DNA of 64,000 nucleotides from the IMG/VR virus record IMGVR_UViG_3300025881_000985, positions 130,557-194,556 of that record; one strand, written 5' to 3'. Of the stretch, positions 57,301 to 64,000 are shown piece by piece. The position numbers and the translations under genes were made by a program. The number at the start of each line of letters is the position of its first letter. The stretch's first letter is position 1. The notes beneath the pieces were generated by a model that made no database searches, was not told the DNA's origin, and was given only the letters and a program-made list of their open reading frames with translations. This stretch comes from a virus.

Positions 57301-57794
57301 ATCAATGCGGCATTAAGAATAGTATTAAATTGTTCTTGCCAGTTATCATTACTAGGATCGTCCCAGTTGATGATTAGATTGGATAAGTCTGATCCGTTGC
57401 TATCAAAAACTTGTTCTGTGGTTGTTACACTTTCAACTTTTAGTAGCCCACTACTAGCAATATTACGTTTTGGATTGTAGTTAATTAAACGTGCAAGTTT
57501 AAGTACACTGTCTCGGCGTTCAGCAGTATCAATAAAGTTTTCACGTGCATTTAGATCAGTACGAAATGCAAGTGTTTGTCCTAAGAATGCAATTAAGTCT
57601 ATTAGAGCAATATATTCACTTGATTCTGTAAAATCGTTAAAATCTTCTGGGTAATATGTACGCAAGTAATCAATCATAGTCTTGCGTAGAGTTTCAAAGT
57701 CATAACTCTGGAAGTCTGCTTCTTTGAAAGTCTCGTAAACTTTGGTCCAGTCTTGCTGTACTAGTAAACTGGTTTGTCTGTCGTTTAACGCCAT
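54372..57794 (-). CDS. Baseplate wedge subunit (T4 gp6-like)
   Basis: YDFETLR..MIDYL, LIDLIAF, ENFIDTAERRDSVLKLAR, EIRRKAPQ.Y..QNRMIT.EDY. Confidence 0.8.
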   Translation of the reverse strand: MALNDRQTSLLVQQDWTKVYETFKEADFQSYDFETLRKTMIDYLRTYYPEDFNDFTESSEYIALIDLIAFLGQTLAFRTDLNARENFIDTAERRDSVLKLARLINYNPKRNIASSGLLKVESVTTTEQVFDSNGSDLSNLIINWDDPSNDNWQEQFNTILNAALIDSQTVGKSGNSQIVNGVSTQEYTLRILDQILPTFRFSTEVEGNQLNFETISATSVNRTFVYEIPPKPLGQFNILYRTDNLGNSSNNTGFFVYFKQGTMNSVDFNITDALPNRGVNIDFSNINNNDVWLYKLNTDGSIGDKWTQVPAINGINITYNNESERNLYQVVTRNDDQITLSFGDGSFANIPQGGFRLFYRQSIGTRYKITPDEIQNVDIPISYVDRNGRNAVLTAKVSLKYTVANSSPRETLTEIRRKAPQQYYTQNRMITGEDYNIFPYTAFNNIQKVKSTNRSSSGVSRFLDVVDVTGKYSSTNIFSADGLLYKDEYVKTTNFTYQTVNEIFNVVFNTIAPILRDKPVSHLHYNKTDRFPLSQLTWPIGSSGTLVTDLSWSFESASTNKSIGYIKGPDSNDADGLPFITMPIGAGISSVLKHVVPGAIIKFGAGDGNYFDARNKIKTGSISKDKDRTYIYASVSSINQTTNAITISETVPTNAIPLEIIPVFKSVLSDSLINQMVTFIKIYKNFALRYDTTINGWALIDSADIGGNVYSNDNAGSTAGTGLDSSWIIKLIYTGSEYVISYRGLDYYFESAAETKFYFDDNAKVFDSKTGKTQNDEVTVLKFNSQADSALPLAQNLTWNVYGSIVASDGYRDNRKVLVTFPDFDSDGVPDNPDLFDLIVASNVNVSEKFVFFTKEQSATSFIQYTPVPYNDVVIDATLETIKLSLDNYTDKQIFYASDEDKFYRLDIDTVGLRNATDVSSEYLARVGRDSLNFQYIHTSPNNRRVDPSPNNLMDMFILTKQYATDYTAFITDTSNTLTLPVAPSQEELKSEFASLENFKAMSDAIIYNSARFKPIFGELADTALKAKFKVVKNSNMIISDSDVKTSVINAINAYFDINNWDFGETFYFSELSAYLHSELTPELASIIIVPNNSAAQFGNLYQINAEPDEILISSATVDDVEVIASITASQLNQSTSVVT

Positions 57795-57831
57795 GTTGAG
57801 TCACACCTTAAATAATATCTCTTTATGCTAT

Positions 57832-57839
57832 TATTTATG
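57832..57839 (-). promoter_or_regulatory. Late promoter CATAAATA
   Basis: Intergenic, 37 nt upstream of the gp6-like ATG. Confidence 0.55.
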
Positions 57840-57859
57840 TGATTTAAAAAGTGCGTATA

Positions 57860-58234
57860 TTAAGTTTGGGTGGCTAGACCTCTATCGCGGTCAAAGTTAA
57901 CAGTTAGAATTTCTTGCTGATTTGTTGTTATAAAGTCTATTTCAACTTCAATTTGAATTCCGGTATCGTATTGATCAACAATAATGTTCCTAACCGCTGT
58001 ACGTGGGTCGTAACTAACAATTTTTGTTACGTCTTCGATGATTAGGCCTCTGATTTCATCGGTAATTGGCTCATAAAGGCAATTCCAAACTATTGAACCA
58101 AACTCAGGGTTCATTAGCTTTTCACCTTTACGTATATTAAAGTGATTGAGCAAGTCCTGTTTAACTAAATCAACATCAACTGCTCTAAACTTTTTGTAGC
58201 GTCCTACTGTACTAAAACCTTTATATCTTGCCAT
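57860..58234 (-). CDS. gp25/GpW-like baseplate wedge protein
   Basis: DLVKQDLLNHF..RKGE.LM.PEFGS, YDPR. Confidence 0.85.
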   Translation of the reverse strand: MARYKGFSTVGRYKKFRAVDVDLVKQDLLNHFNIRKGEKLMNPEFGSIVWNCLYEPITDEIRGLIIEDVTKIVSYDPRTAVRNIIVDQYDTGIQIEVEIDFITTNQQEILTVNFDRDRGLATQT

Positions 58235-58251
58235 ATCAATATTTACCTATT

Positions 58252-59526
58252 TTAAGCAGTGGCTACTTGTTCAACAGCATGTCTACCTTTGTTAAAGTAT
58301 GCAATACCAGTTGTTCCGTTAGCGTCAGACCCTCCGCCACCGTTTCTCCATTTCTTTGCTCCACCTGCACCTAATAAATGAGCAGTTTGTAACATACCAC
58401 CAGTTGTAGCGGGGCTATCTCCACTTTGACTTCCACCAATACGTTTTAATGTTTTAGCATTGCTTACTAGTAAATTATCCATAACTTGTTCTTGTACTGC
58501 ACCATTGGCTAAGAAATCTCCTTGACTTCTGATACCTAAACTGTGTGCTTTAGCAGTCCACGCTTCAGGATGCAATGCGGCTTTGTTACCATATTTTTTA
58601 ACGTATTCAGGACGTAATAATCCTTGGTCTTGTAACACTGCTCCACCAACCTGATATCTTCCAAGATAATTGAACCGATTAACAGCATCATATTTTCCAC
58701 CGCTTTCGCTTTTGGATATCTGTGCTTTGAGTGCTTGTGTTTGTTCGGGACTAAGATTTGCAACACCAATAGTTGTTGGTGGAGCATCTTTACTGCTTAA
58801 ATCTCTACCGGTTATTCCACCTTGTATACTTTGATTTTCAGCAGTTGCTGGTCCAGAATCTGTACTGTTTCCAGTTGCAGGAGGTTTACCAGTGGGAGGT
58901 TTACCACTTGAGTTAGAATCACCAACAGGACTAGCTGTTCCACTACTTGCGGCACTGGTTGTATTGGTTTGTGCTACACTTGTAGTTGGTCCATTGCCTC
59001 CAGCGATCGTTCCGCCAACCTCAGCAAATGTTGTGGCTGTATTTGTTTCTCTTGTTGCTGATGCGGCAGTTAATACTTGTCCTACCACAAAACCTGTGTC
59101 AGTCATTGCTTCGCCGGTCTGTCTTGCCCATGGCTCATGTGCAGGAACTATACTGGCTATACTGATATTGCCTTTGGGAACACTTGTCCACGGTGTAGCC
59201 AAACTATCTCTATTAACGTCTGCATGGTAAAACTTCTTTAAGTTTCCTGGATCTGGTACAATTGGTCCAGAGGCAGTATTTAGATGCAGTTCTTTAGGAG
59301 TGAATAGATTTATATTTCCACCAGCAGTTGTATCAACTTTTGCCGCGGCACTTGTAGTAATATTACCACCGCTACCAACAGATATTTGTCCACTGTACTG
59401 TGTCATTGATACATTGGATTTTAATGTTAGACTTGCTTGACTATCCAGTGCAATATCACCGTCGGCATGCACATTAAAGTTTTTCTTGGTGTGCATATTG
59501 ATATTACTATCAGCGTGAAAATTCAT
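58252..59526 (-). CDS. C-terminal part of gp5-like tail spike: beta-helix, linker, lysozyme-like domain
   Basis: NFHADSNINMH beta-helix repeats. SKSESGG..Y....LGRYQ....AHLLGAGGA lysozyme-like fold with candidate catalytic Glu. Confidence 0.7.
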   Translation of the reverse strand: MNFHADSNINMHTKKNFNVHADGDIALDSQASLTLKSNVSMTQYSGQISVGSGGNITTSAAAKVDTTAGGNINLFTPKELHLNTASGPIVPDPGNLKKFYHADVNRDSLATPWTSVPKGNISIASIVPAHEPWARQTGEAMTDTGFVVGQVLTAASATRETNTATTFAEVGGTIAGGNGPTTSVAQTNTTSAASSGTASPVGDSNSSGKPPTGKPPATGNSTDSGPATAENQSIQGGITGRDLSSKDAPPTTIGVANLSPEQTQALKAQISKSESGGKYDAVNRFNYLGRYQVGGAVLQDQGLLRPEYVKKYGNKAALHPEAWTAKAHSLGIRSQGDFLANGAVQEQVMDNLLVSNAKTLKRIGGSQSGDSPATTGGMLQTAHLLGAGGAKKWRNGGGGSDANGTTGIAYFNKGRHAVEQVATA

Positions 59527-60527
59527 TTCACCTTCTGTTCAATATGCATACCACCATATGAATACATCATCAAATGACCATCGCCAGTCATTTCTAACCA
59601 TACACTACCATTACCATTTATGATGTTAATAAGTTTTGCATCATCACTCATTAGAATTTGATGGCCGGCACTAGAACGTAATCTTAATAGTTGATCGTTT
59701 CCACTGAGATCGCCATCGTCCATAATAAAACTATGACCGCCTCGGCGTTGTCGTACTGCGTAATCTTCTTCAGTTAACTTACCTTCATTCAGACGTTTAA
59801 GATAATCTGGTGCGAGTGTTGGATCTGCTGTTGGTCTTCCTGGTGTACTAATACCAAATACGTTACTAGGAGTTTCACGTTGGCTACTGCTTGAAATAGG
59901 ACCTTTGCCTAAATCTCCGTCAAGACCTTGATTGATTAAAACTTCTGCTTGGTATTCGTGTACACTTTTTGGATTTGTTAAGTAACTAGGACCAATATTG
60001 CCTTCTTTGTTTTCGTTGAACTCACCGCTTGGTTGTTTTCTTCCTAGGCCTATACTTGCTTTTGTAAGAGCACTAACTACTGTACCTTGTTCTTGTGGTC
60101 CAAAATGACTGTTATTGGCTGGTAACCCATTGTGAGAAAGATGCTTATCAACACATGCAAACCAATATCCACGACCCGGATCGCCGTTTACAAAAATACA
60201 CAATACTTCATTGCCAATGTCAGGCGGTACCATCCACATTCCGTAGTTGTGGTGTACTGTATCATGTGCCGTTACTTCTGTTGCTTCAGGTTGAAAAGTA
60301 CTGCCAAAGAAAGGACTTGCATAAGAAACTGTTCTCCAGTTCTGCACTTCGTCTTCACTACCGCCAAGGTCTGTGATATAAACTTGCAATCTACCACTAC
60401 GTGTTGGATCTAGGTTATTTTTAATAACTCCAATGTACGGTCCGTTTTCAATGACTTGTCCGCCGGTCTTGCTAACGTCAGCCCACGGTGCAACTCTATC
60501 ATTACCTAATCTTCTTCCTACTGCCAT
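59523..60527 (-). CDS. N-terminal part of gp5-like baseplate hub/spike (OB fold and start of beta-helix)
   Basis: GPYIGVIKNNLDPTRSGRLQV, YGMWMVPPDIGNEV, GHSFIMDDG, GHQILMSDD. Confidence 0.8.
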   Translation of the reverse strand: MAVGRRLGNDRVAPWADVSKTGGQVIENGPYIGVIKNNLDPTRSGRLQVYITDLGGSEDEVQNWRTVSYASPFFGSTFQPEATEVTAHDTVHHNYGMWMVPPDIGNEVLCIFVNGDPGRGYWFACVDKHLSHNGLPANNSHFGPQEQGTVVSALTKASIGLGRKQPSGEFNENKEGNIGPSYLTNPKSVHEYQAEVLINQGLDGDLGKGPISSSSQRETPSNVFGISTPGRPTADPTLAPDYLKRLNEGKLTEEDYAVRQRRGGHSFIMDDGDLSGNDQLLRLRSSAGHQILMSDDAKLINIINGNGSVWLEMTGDGHLMMYSYGGMHIEQKVK

Positions 60528-60548
60528 ACTATTATATACCTGACCTTA

Positions 60549-63185
60549 CTATGCTATACCTAAATCATCATCATCTGTAAACGATGGAATTGATGCTTTA
60601 GCAAAGCCTGTTATAACCGGTGCATTATTTGTTTCAGGTGATCCTGCTTCGTTTGCAACTACAGTATTAAAATCAACACCGTCAACAAAACTTGCTAATT
60701 GCATTAGATCTGCTTTGGCGCCTGTTACTCCTACACCATTTGCAAACTTGTTTGCAAAGTTTACACCTTGTTGTAATATATCTCCACTGCCTGTTCCTGC
60801 TCCTAACGAAGCAATGCTACTAACAGCATTTTGTAATCCAACTGCACCACTTAATTCATCAATGGCACCAGTAACAGCATTGGTAAATCCACCAATTGGT
60901 AGTGCTGAGTTTACAAACTGACTTGCATCAGCAAGTGCTCCACTTAGTCCACCAATTCCTGCACCAATATCCCCGACGTTTGGTATTGTTGTATTTGATA
61001 CTCCTGCCGCACTAGCAAAATCTCCAAAATCATCTACTGGAGATATAATGTTTCCAGCACCAACACTTCCTTGACTAACGTCTGAAACATTAACAATATC
61101 TGCACCAATTGTATCAACTTCAATTGATCCTTTAGTTGCTAATTTAGAAGTCTTGGGCTTGGCTCGTCCTCTTAAGAATTCTTCGTCACGTGTTCTGTTT
61201 TGAGTATCGGCTATTTCTAGTTTATAAGCTCTGATTAGATCAACAGTTTGCTTGAACTGTCCTTGCCTGAATGTGTTTTTAACTGCAAGTATTCTATACA
61301 TACCACTGAAGGTACTTTCGCTATATGCACCACTTCTTATTAATCCTGTCTCGGGTTCAATATCAGTTGGTGTTCTCCATTTAACAAGTGCATACAGTTC
61401 ACCTTTGTCCATTGTTAAACTTCCAGCTCGTGAAATATAAGGACCTGCTGTATTGCTTAGATAATCAGGTTGTCCTGGGTTAACAAATACATCGTCCTGT
61501 TTAATAAAATCAGGATCTCCAACTATATCAAGTGAAACATTAAGCATGTCTGCTTTAGCGTTTTGGTATAGATTACTTTGAATGTCGTTGATAGTTGCTG
61601 ATCTTTCGTCAGCTTCGGCGTCAAGTCCAGAGGCAGTTTTACTTCCGGCAATAACTTCGTACTGTGCCGCAAAAGGTGAATTTGTTCCACCGTCTGGATT
61701 TACCACTGGAGTACTGTTGCTTTGACTTCCACCGGGAGTAACTGTACTTGTTTGGGCCGCCGCTCTGTTAATAGTAACAACGTTATAATAAAGAGCGTTA
61801 AACTCAATTTTAAAATCAAGTACATCTTTATTTTGTCCTGTGTACAAATAGTTGTAAGATTTATGATATACTGTAGGAGTCTTTTTAGGTCCGTGTGGGT
61901 GCTTGGTATCACTAACTTCATACTTTACAACATTATATGTAACAATCTTAGCAAAACGATTTGCTTTTTCGTCAAATTCTCCTAGTTTAACTGATGGTAT
62001 AATCTTGTACCAATTAAAATTCTTTTCAAGTTTTTTAGCAATTTCTTCTGGGCCTAATTTTGCAATAGCAGGATCTTTAGCATCAAGTAACTGATCCGTT
62101 ACATATGTACTGCTACGCATAACCATATCAATTACTTTTTCAACAGTTGTTCCTGCGTTAATACTAAATTCTTTTTTATTAAAGTCAGGGCCTTTGCCTC
62201 CAGCACGAGCTAACGCGGCCGCTTCTTGTGTACCAGGCTTTGGTAATTTTGTTTTCTTGTGATCAGTTTGTTGTTGTTTTACTATTCGTGAGTTTGCAAT
62301 TTCAGCATCAAAATTGAATATAACTTTGTCAGGATGATCTCTTGCTTTTTCTCCAACTTGGTATTCAAACCATTGATTCAACCCATTGGCATATGTATCA
62401 ACACTGATATTTAATCCAGCTATTTGGAAATCTGATTTGCCTTCGCCGAACACATCGTCTACTGCGGCCGATTCACGTTGTGCGTTAATTGATTGTGATA
62501 ACTTTTTACTTTGTTTACTAGCAAAAAACTCTTGTACTGTACTTGCAGTAACCTGCAGATTGACTGGAGTTGTTGCTAGTTTATCATCAAATGCTCCATG
62601 ACTGTACGGACTTGCTTTTACTTTATATGTTGAGCCTTTTGTTGAAACATCAATTTCCATTGCTAATATACGGATTGGAAATGCTTTCTTTGTTCTCGGA
62701 ATAGGTTTAAAATCTGTTACACCTTCGTCGTTGTGACCAAAAAATTCAATCTGTAACAAATATGGCATGTCCAAGTAATTCTTAGATCCAACACGTGAAC
62801 TACCAACTACCAGTCTATCAAGGAATGTTAAACCATATGGCTCAATGAGAGTGAAATCAATATCCAGTACGTTACTGGCTTTAGAACGTTTGTTCAATCC
62901 TACCATTGTTAGGATTTGTAATTCATCAAAATAAAAATCATCACCAAAGTCAGGATGTCTTTTATCTAGCACAGGGTCATGTTTTCCTGCACCTGCAACA
63001 ATGCAATTCTTTGGTCTCCATGAGAATGGCTTTTCGCTTATGGTTGTATAGTCCTCGCGTGATAGCATATACAAACTCAAACGGTATGTATAACTGGCGT
63101 ATTCATGTAATACGTTATCAAGCCCTACTAGTTTAGCAGAAGCGGCTTCTGCTACGTTAGCTGAATTTTCTGAAACATCTACCAT
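60549..63185 (-). CDS. Baseplate hub-like protein (gp27/GpD-like) with low-complexity C-terminus
   Basis: 878 aa between gp53-like and gp5-like genes. FTLIEPYG, PYLLQIEF, LDIVGDP, FSG.YRI..V...F..GQFKQ. Confidence 0.6.
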   Translation of the reverse strand: MVDVSENSANVAEAASAKLVGLDNVLHEYASYTYRLSLYMLSREDYTTISEKPFSWRPKNCIVAGAGKHDPVLDKRHPDFGDDFYFDELQILTMVGLNKRSKASNVLDIDFTLIEPYGLTFLDRLVVGSSRVGSKNYLDMPYLLQIEFFGHNDEGVTDFKPIPRTKKAFPIRILAMEIDVSTKGSTYKVKASPYSHGAFDDKLATTPVNLQVTASTVQEFFASKQSKKLSQSINAQRESAAVDDVFGEGKSDFQIAGLNISVDTYANGLNQWFEYQVGEKARDHPDKVIFNFDAEIANSRIVKQQQTDHKKTKLPKPGTQEAAALARAGGKGPDFNKKEFSINAGTTVEKVIDMVMRSSTYVTDQLLDAKDPAIAKLGPEEIAKKLEKNFNWYKIIPSVKLGEFDEKANRFAKIVTYNVVKYEVSDTKHPHGPKKTPTVYHKSYNYLYTGQNKDVLDFKIEFNALYYNVVTINRAAAQTSTVTPGGSQSNSTPVVNPDGGTNSPFAAQYEVIAGSKTASGLDAEADERSATINDIQSNLYQNAKADMLNVSLDIVGDPDFIKQDDVFVNPGQPDYLSNTAGPYISRAGSLTMDKGELYALVKWRTPTDIEPETGLIRSGAYSESTFSGMYRILAVKNTFRQGQFKQTVDLIRAYKLEIADTQNRTRDEEFLRGRAKPKTSKLATKGSIEVDTIGADIVNVSDVSQGSVGAGNIISPVDDFGDFASAAGVSNTTIPNVGDIGAGIGGLSGALADASQFVNSALPIGGFTNAVTGAIDELSGAVGLQNAVSSIASLGAGTGSGDILQQGVNFANKFANGVGVTGAKADLMQLASFVDGVDFNTVVANEAGSPETNNAPVITGFAKASIPSFTDDDDLGIA

Positions 63186-63421
63186 TATTCTACAGAATCC
63201 GTAACCAGTGGAGGTGCAAAATCATTGTCAATACTGCCATCTGGGCCTTTATTTTCAATAAAATTAATTTCTTCTTCTGTTAACCACACAACATCACCCA
63301 ATGCTGTATCAGCTGGAGTTGATAATCCTGGATCCAATGAGCCTGGTCTAACACTATCTCCGGCAACATCTCTATGAGCTTGTTCGTTGTTTTGGCGCCT
63401 AGTTTCAAATGTATCAGGCAT
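63185..63421 (-). CDS. Small acidic hypothetical protein
   Basis: 78 aa, TAATG-coupled to the hub gene. Confidence 0.5.
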   Translation of the reverse strand: MPDTFETRRQNNEQAHRDVAGDSVRPGSLDPGLSTPADTALGDVVWLTEEEINFIENKGPDGSIDNDFAPPLVTDSVE

Positions 63422-63422
63422 G

Positions 63423-63734
63423 TTAAATTCCTAAGTCATCAATTAACGTTTGTTTGTATGGAACTTTGATCCAAACTCCGGCTTGAAAATCAAGCAAAGG
63501 ATTAACAAGTGTATTGGGATTGCGAACAGAAAATACCCACCACAGTCTTGTATCTCCATACAAAGCATATGCTAACTTTTGTGGCGAAAATGCATACCCA
63601 GATTCAATTTGATAATCAACATCATCAGCACGAAACGTAAATGTCCTGGCTTCTAATACATCAAGATACTTGCCATATAGTTCTGTATTAAAATAAGGAC
63701 TTGTTTCATGATATTCTTTTTTCTGTATGGCCAT
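63423..63734 (-). CDS. gp53-like/LysM-like baseplate wedge protein
   Basis: P.KLAY.LYGD..LWWVF..RN...L.NPL.DF..G..IKVP. Confidence 0.75.
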   Translation of the reverse strand: MAIQKKEYHETSPYFNTELYGKYLDVLEARTFTFRADDVDYQIESGYAFSPQKLAYALYGDTRLWWVFSVRNPNTLVNPLLDFQAGVWIKVPYKQTLIDDLGI

Positions 63735-64000
63735 TAGACAAATCCTTTTCCAACCAATTTACCTGCGGCAAAATCGTCTAAATTAAAATCGTTATGCAAA
63801 GTACGTCTGGAGTAGACTGGTTGCAAGGAACATTGAATGTTACTGTTGGTTGGCATACGAGTACCTCCTGGGTCATTTGTTGTAGCTATATAATCAACAT
63901 CATTGGGCATGGTATGTGTAAAGTTTGTAACCACACAAGGCACATTTGGAAAATAGTGTTTTCCATATCCATTTAAAAATACCATTGGCGGAGGAGTTCC
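63734..64000 (-). CDS. Tail-tube initiator-like protein (gp48/gp54-like), C-terminal part only
   Basis: Open past the window edge: GTPPPMVFLNGYGKHYFPNVPCVVTNF.....DVDYI....MP....I...LQPVYSR. Confidence 0.6.
   Translation of the reverse strand, partial: GTPPPMVFLNGYGKHYFPNVPCVVTNFTHTMPNDVDYIATTNDPGGTRMPTNSNIQCSLQPVYSRRTLHNDFNLDDFAAGKLVGKGFV

Noticed and set aside
58252-59545. Programmed -1 frameshift as the explanation for the gp5 split
   Set aside because: No canonical slippery heptamer, and an in-frame TGA in the -1 frame leaves only about 5 codons for a shift
409-63976. The many 60-140 aa antisense or shifted-frame ORFs in the track (e.g. 1182..1550, 4747..5169, 14302..14712, 16641..17039, 23764..24189, 37879..38403)
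   Set aside because: They overlap well-supported genes, lack SD sites or motifs, and are expected shadows
1-64000. CRISPR array, tRNA/rRNA genes, transposase/integrase, inteins, stop-codon recoding
   Set aside because: No repeat-spacer periodicity, T-loop/cloverleaf signature or such motifs noticed by eye. Genes pack tightly under the standard code. tRNAscan/Infernal were not run.

Overview
This 64 kb AT-rich window is a segment of a large T4-like (contractile-tail, jumbo-type) bacteriophage genome. It has four blocks. (1) 1-8.3 kb: small early/accessory genes, each behind a near-consensus sigma70 promoter, including an orphan TRAP DctP, a MoxR-type AAA+/vWA-metallopeptidase pair and a lipoprotein alpha/beta-hydrolase. 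(2) 8.3-9.6 kb: folA-thyA. (3) 9.6-33 kb: a dense biosynthetic-type cluster of about 23 kb. It encodes an NDP-sugar epimerase/dehydratase, a DegT aminotransferase, three SGNH proteins, several glycosyltransferase-like proteins, peptide deformylase, a HIGH-type nucleotidyltransferase, a carbamoyltransferase, a 2OG-Fe(II) oxygenase, six radical-SAM enzymes with N-terminal SPASM/twitch-like domains, a DUF59/SufT Fe-S protein, an acyl carrier protein and two unannotated micro-ORFs. (4) 33-64 kb: tail fibre and baseplate genes with ATAAATA late promoters, including a 4413-aa wedge-like protein and a gp5-like gene split by a one-base frameshift. The strongest candidate for an undescribed system is the radical-SAM/ACP/carbamoyltransferase/sugar cluster. 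All family calls come from motif recognition by eye; no database search was run. Several start codons were moved relative to the ORF track using SD sites and stop/start overlaps. No tRNA, rRNA, CRISPR array, integrase or transposase was seen.
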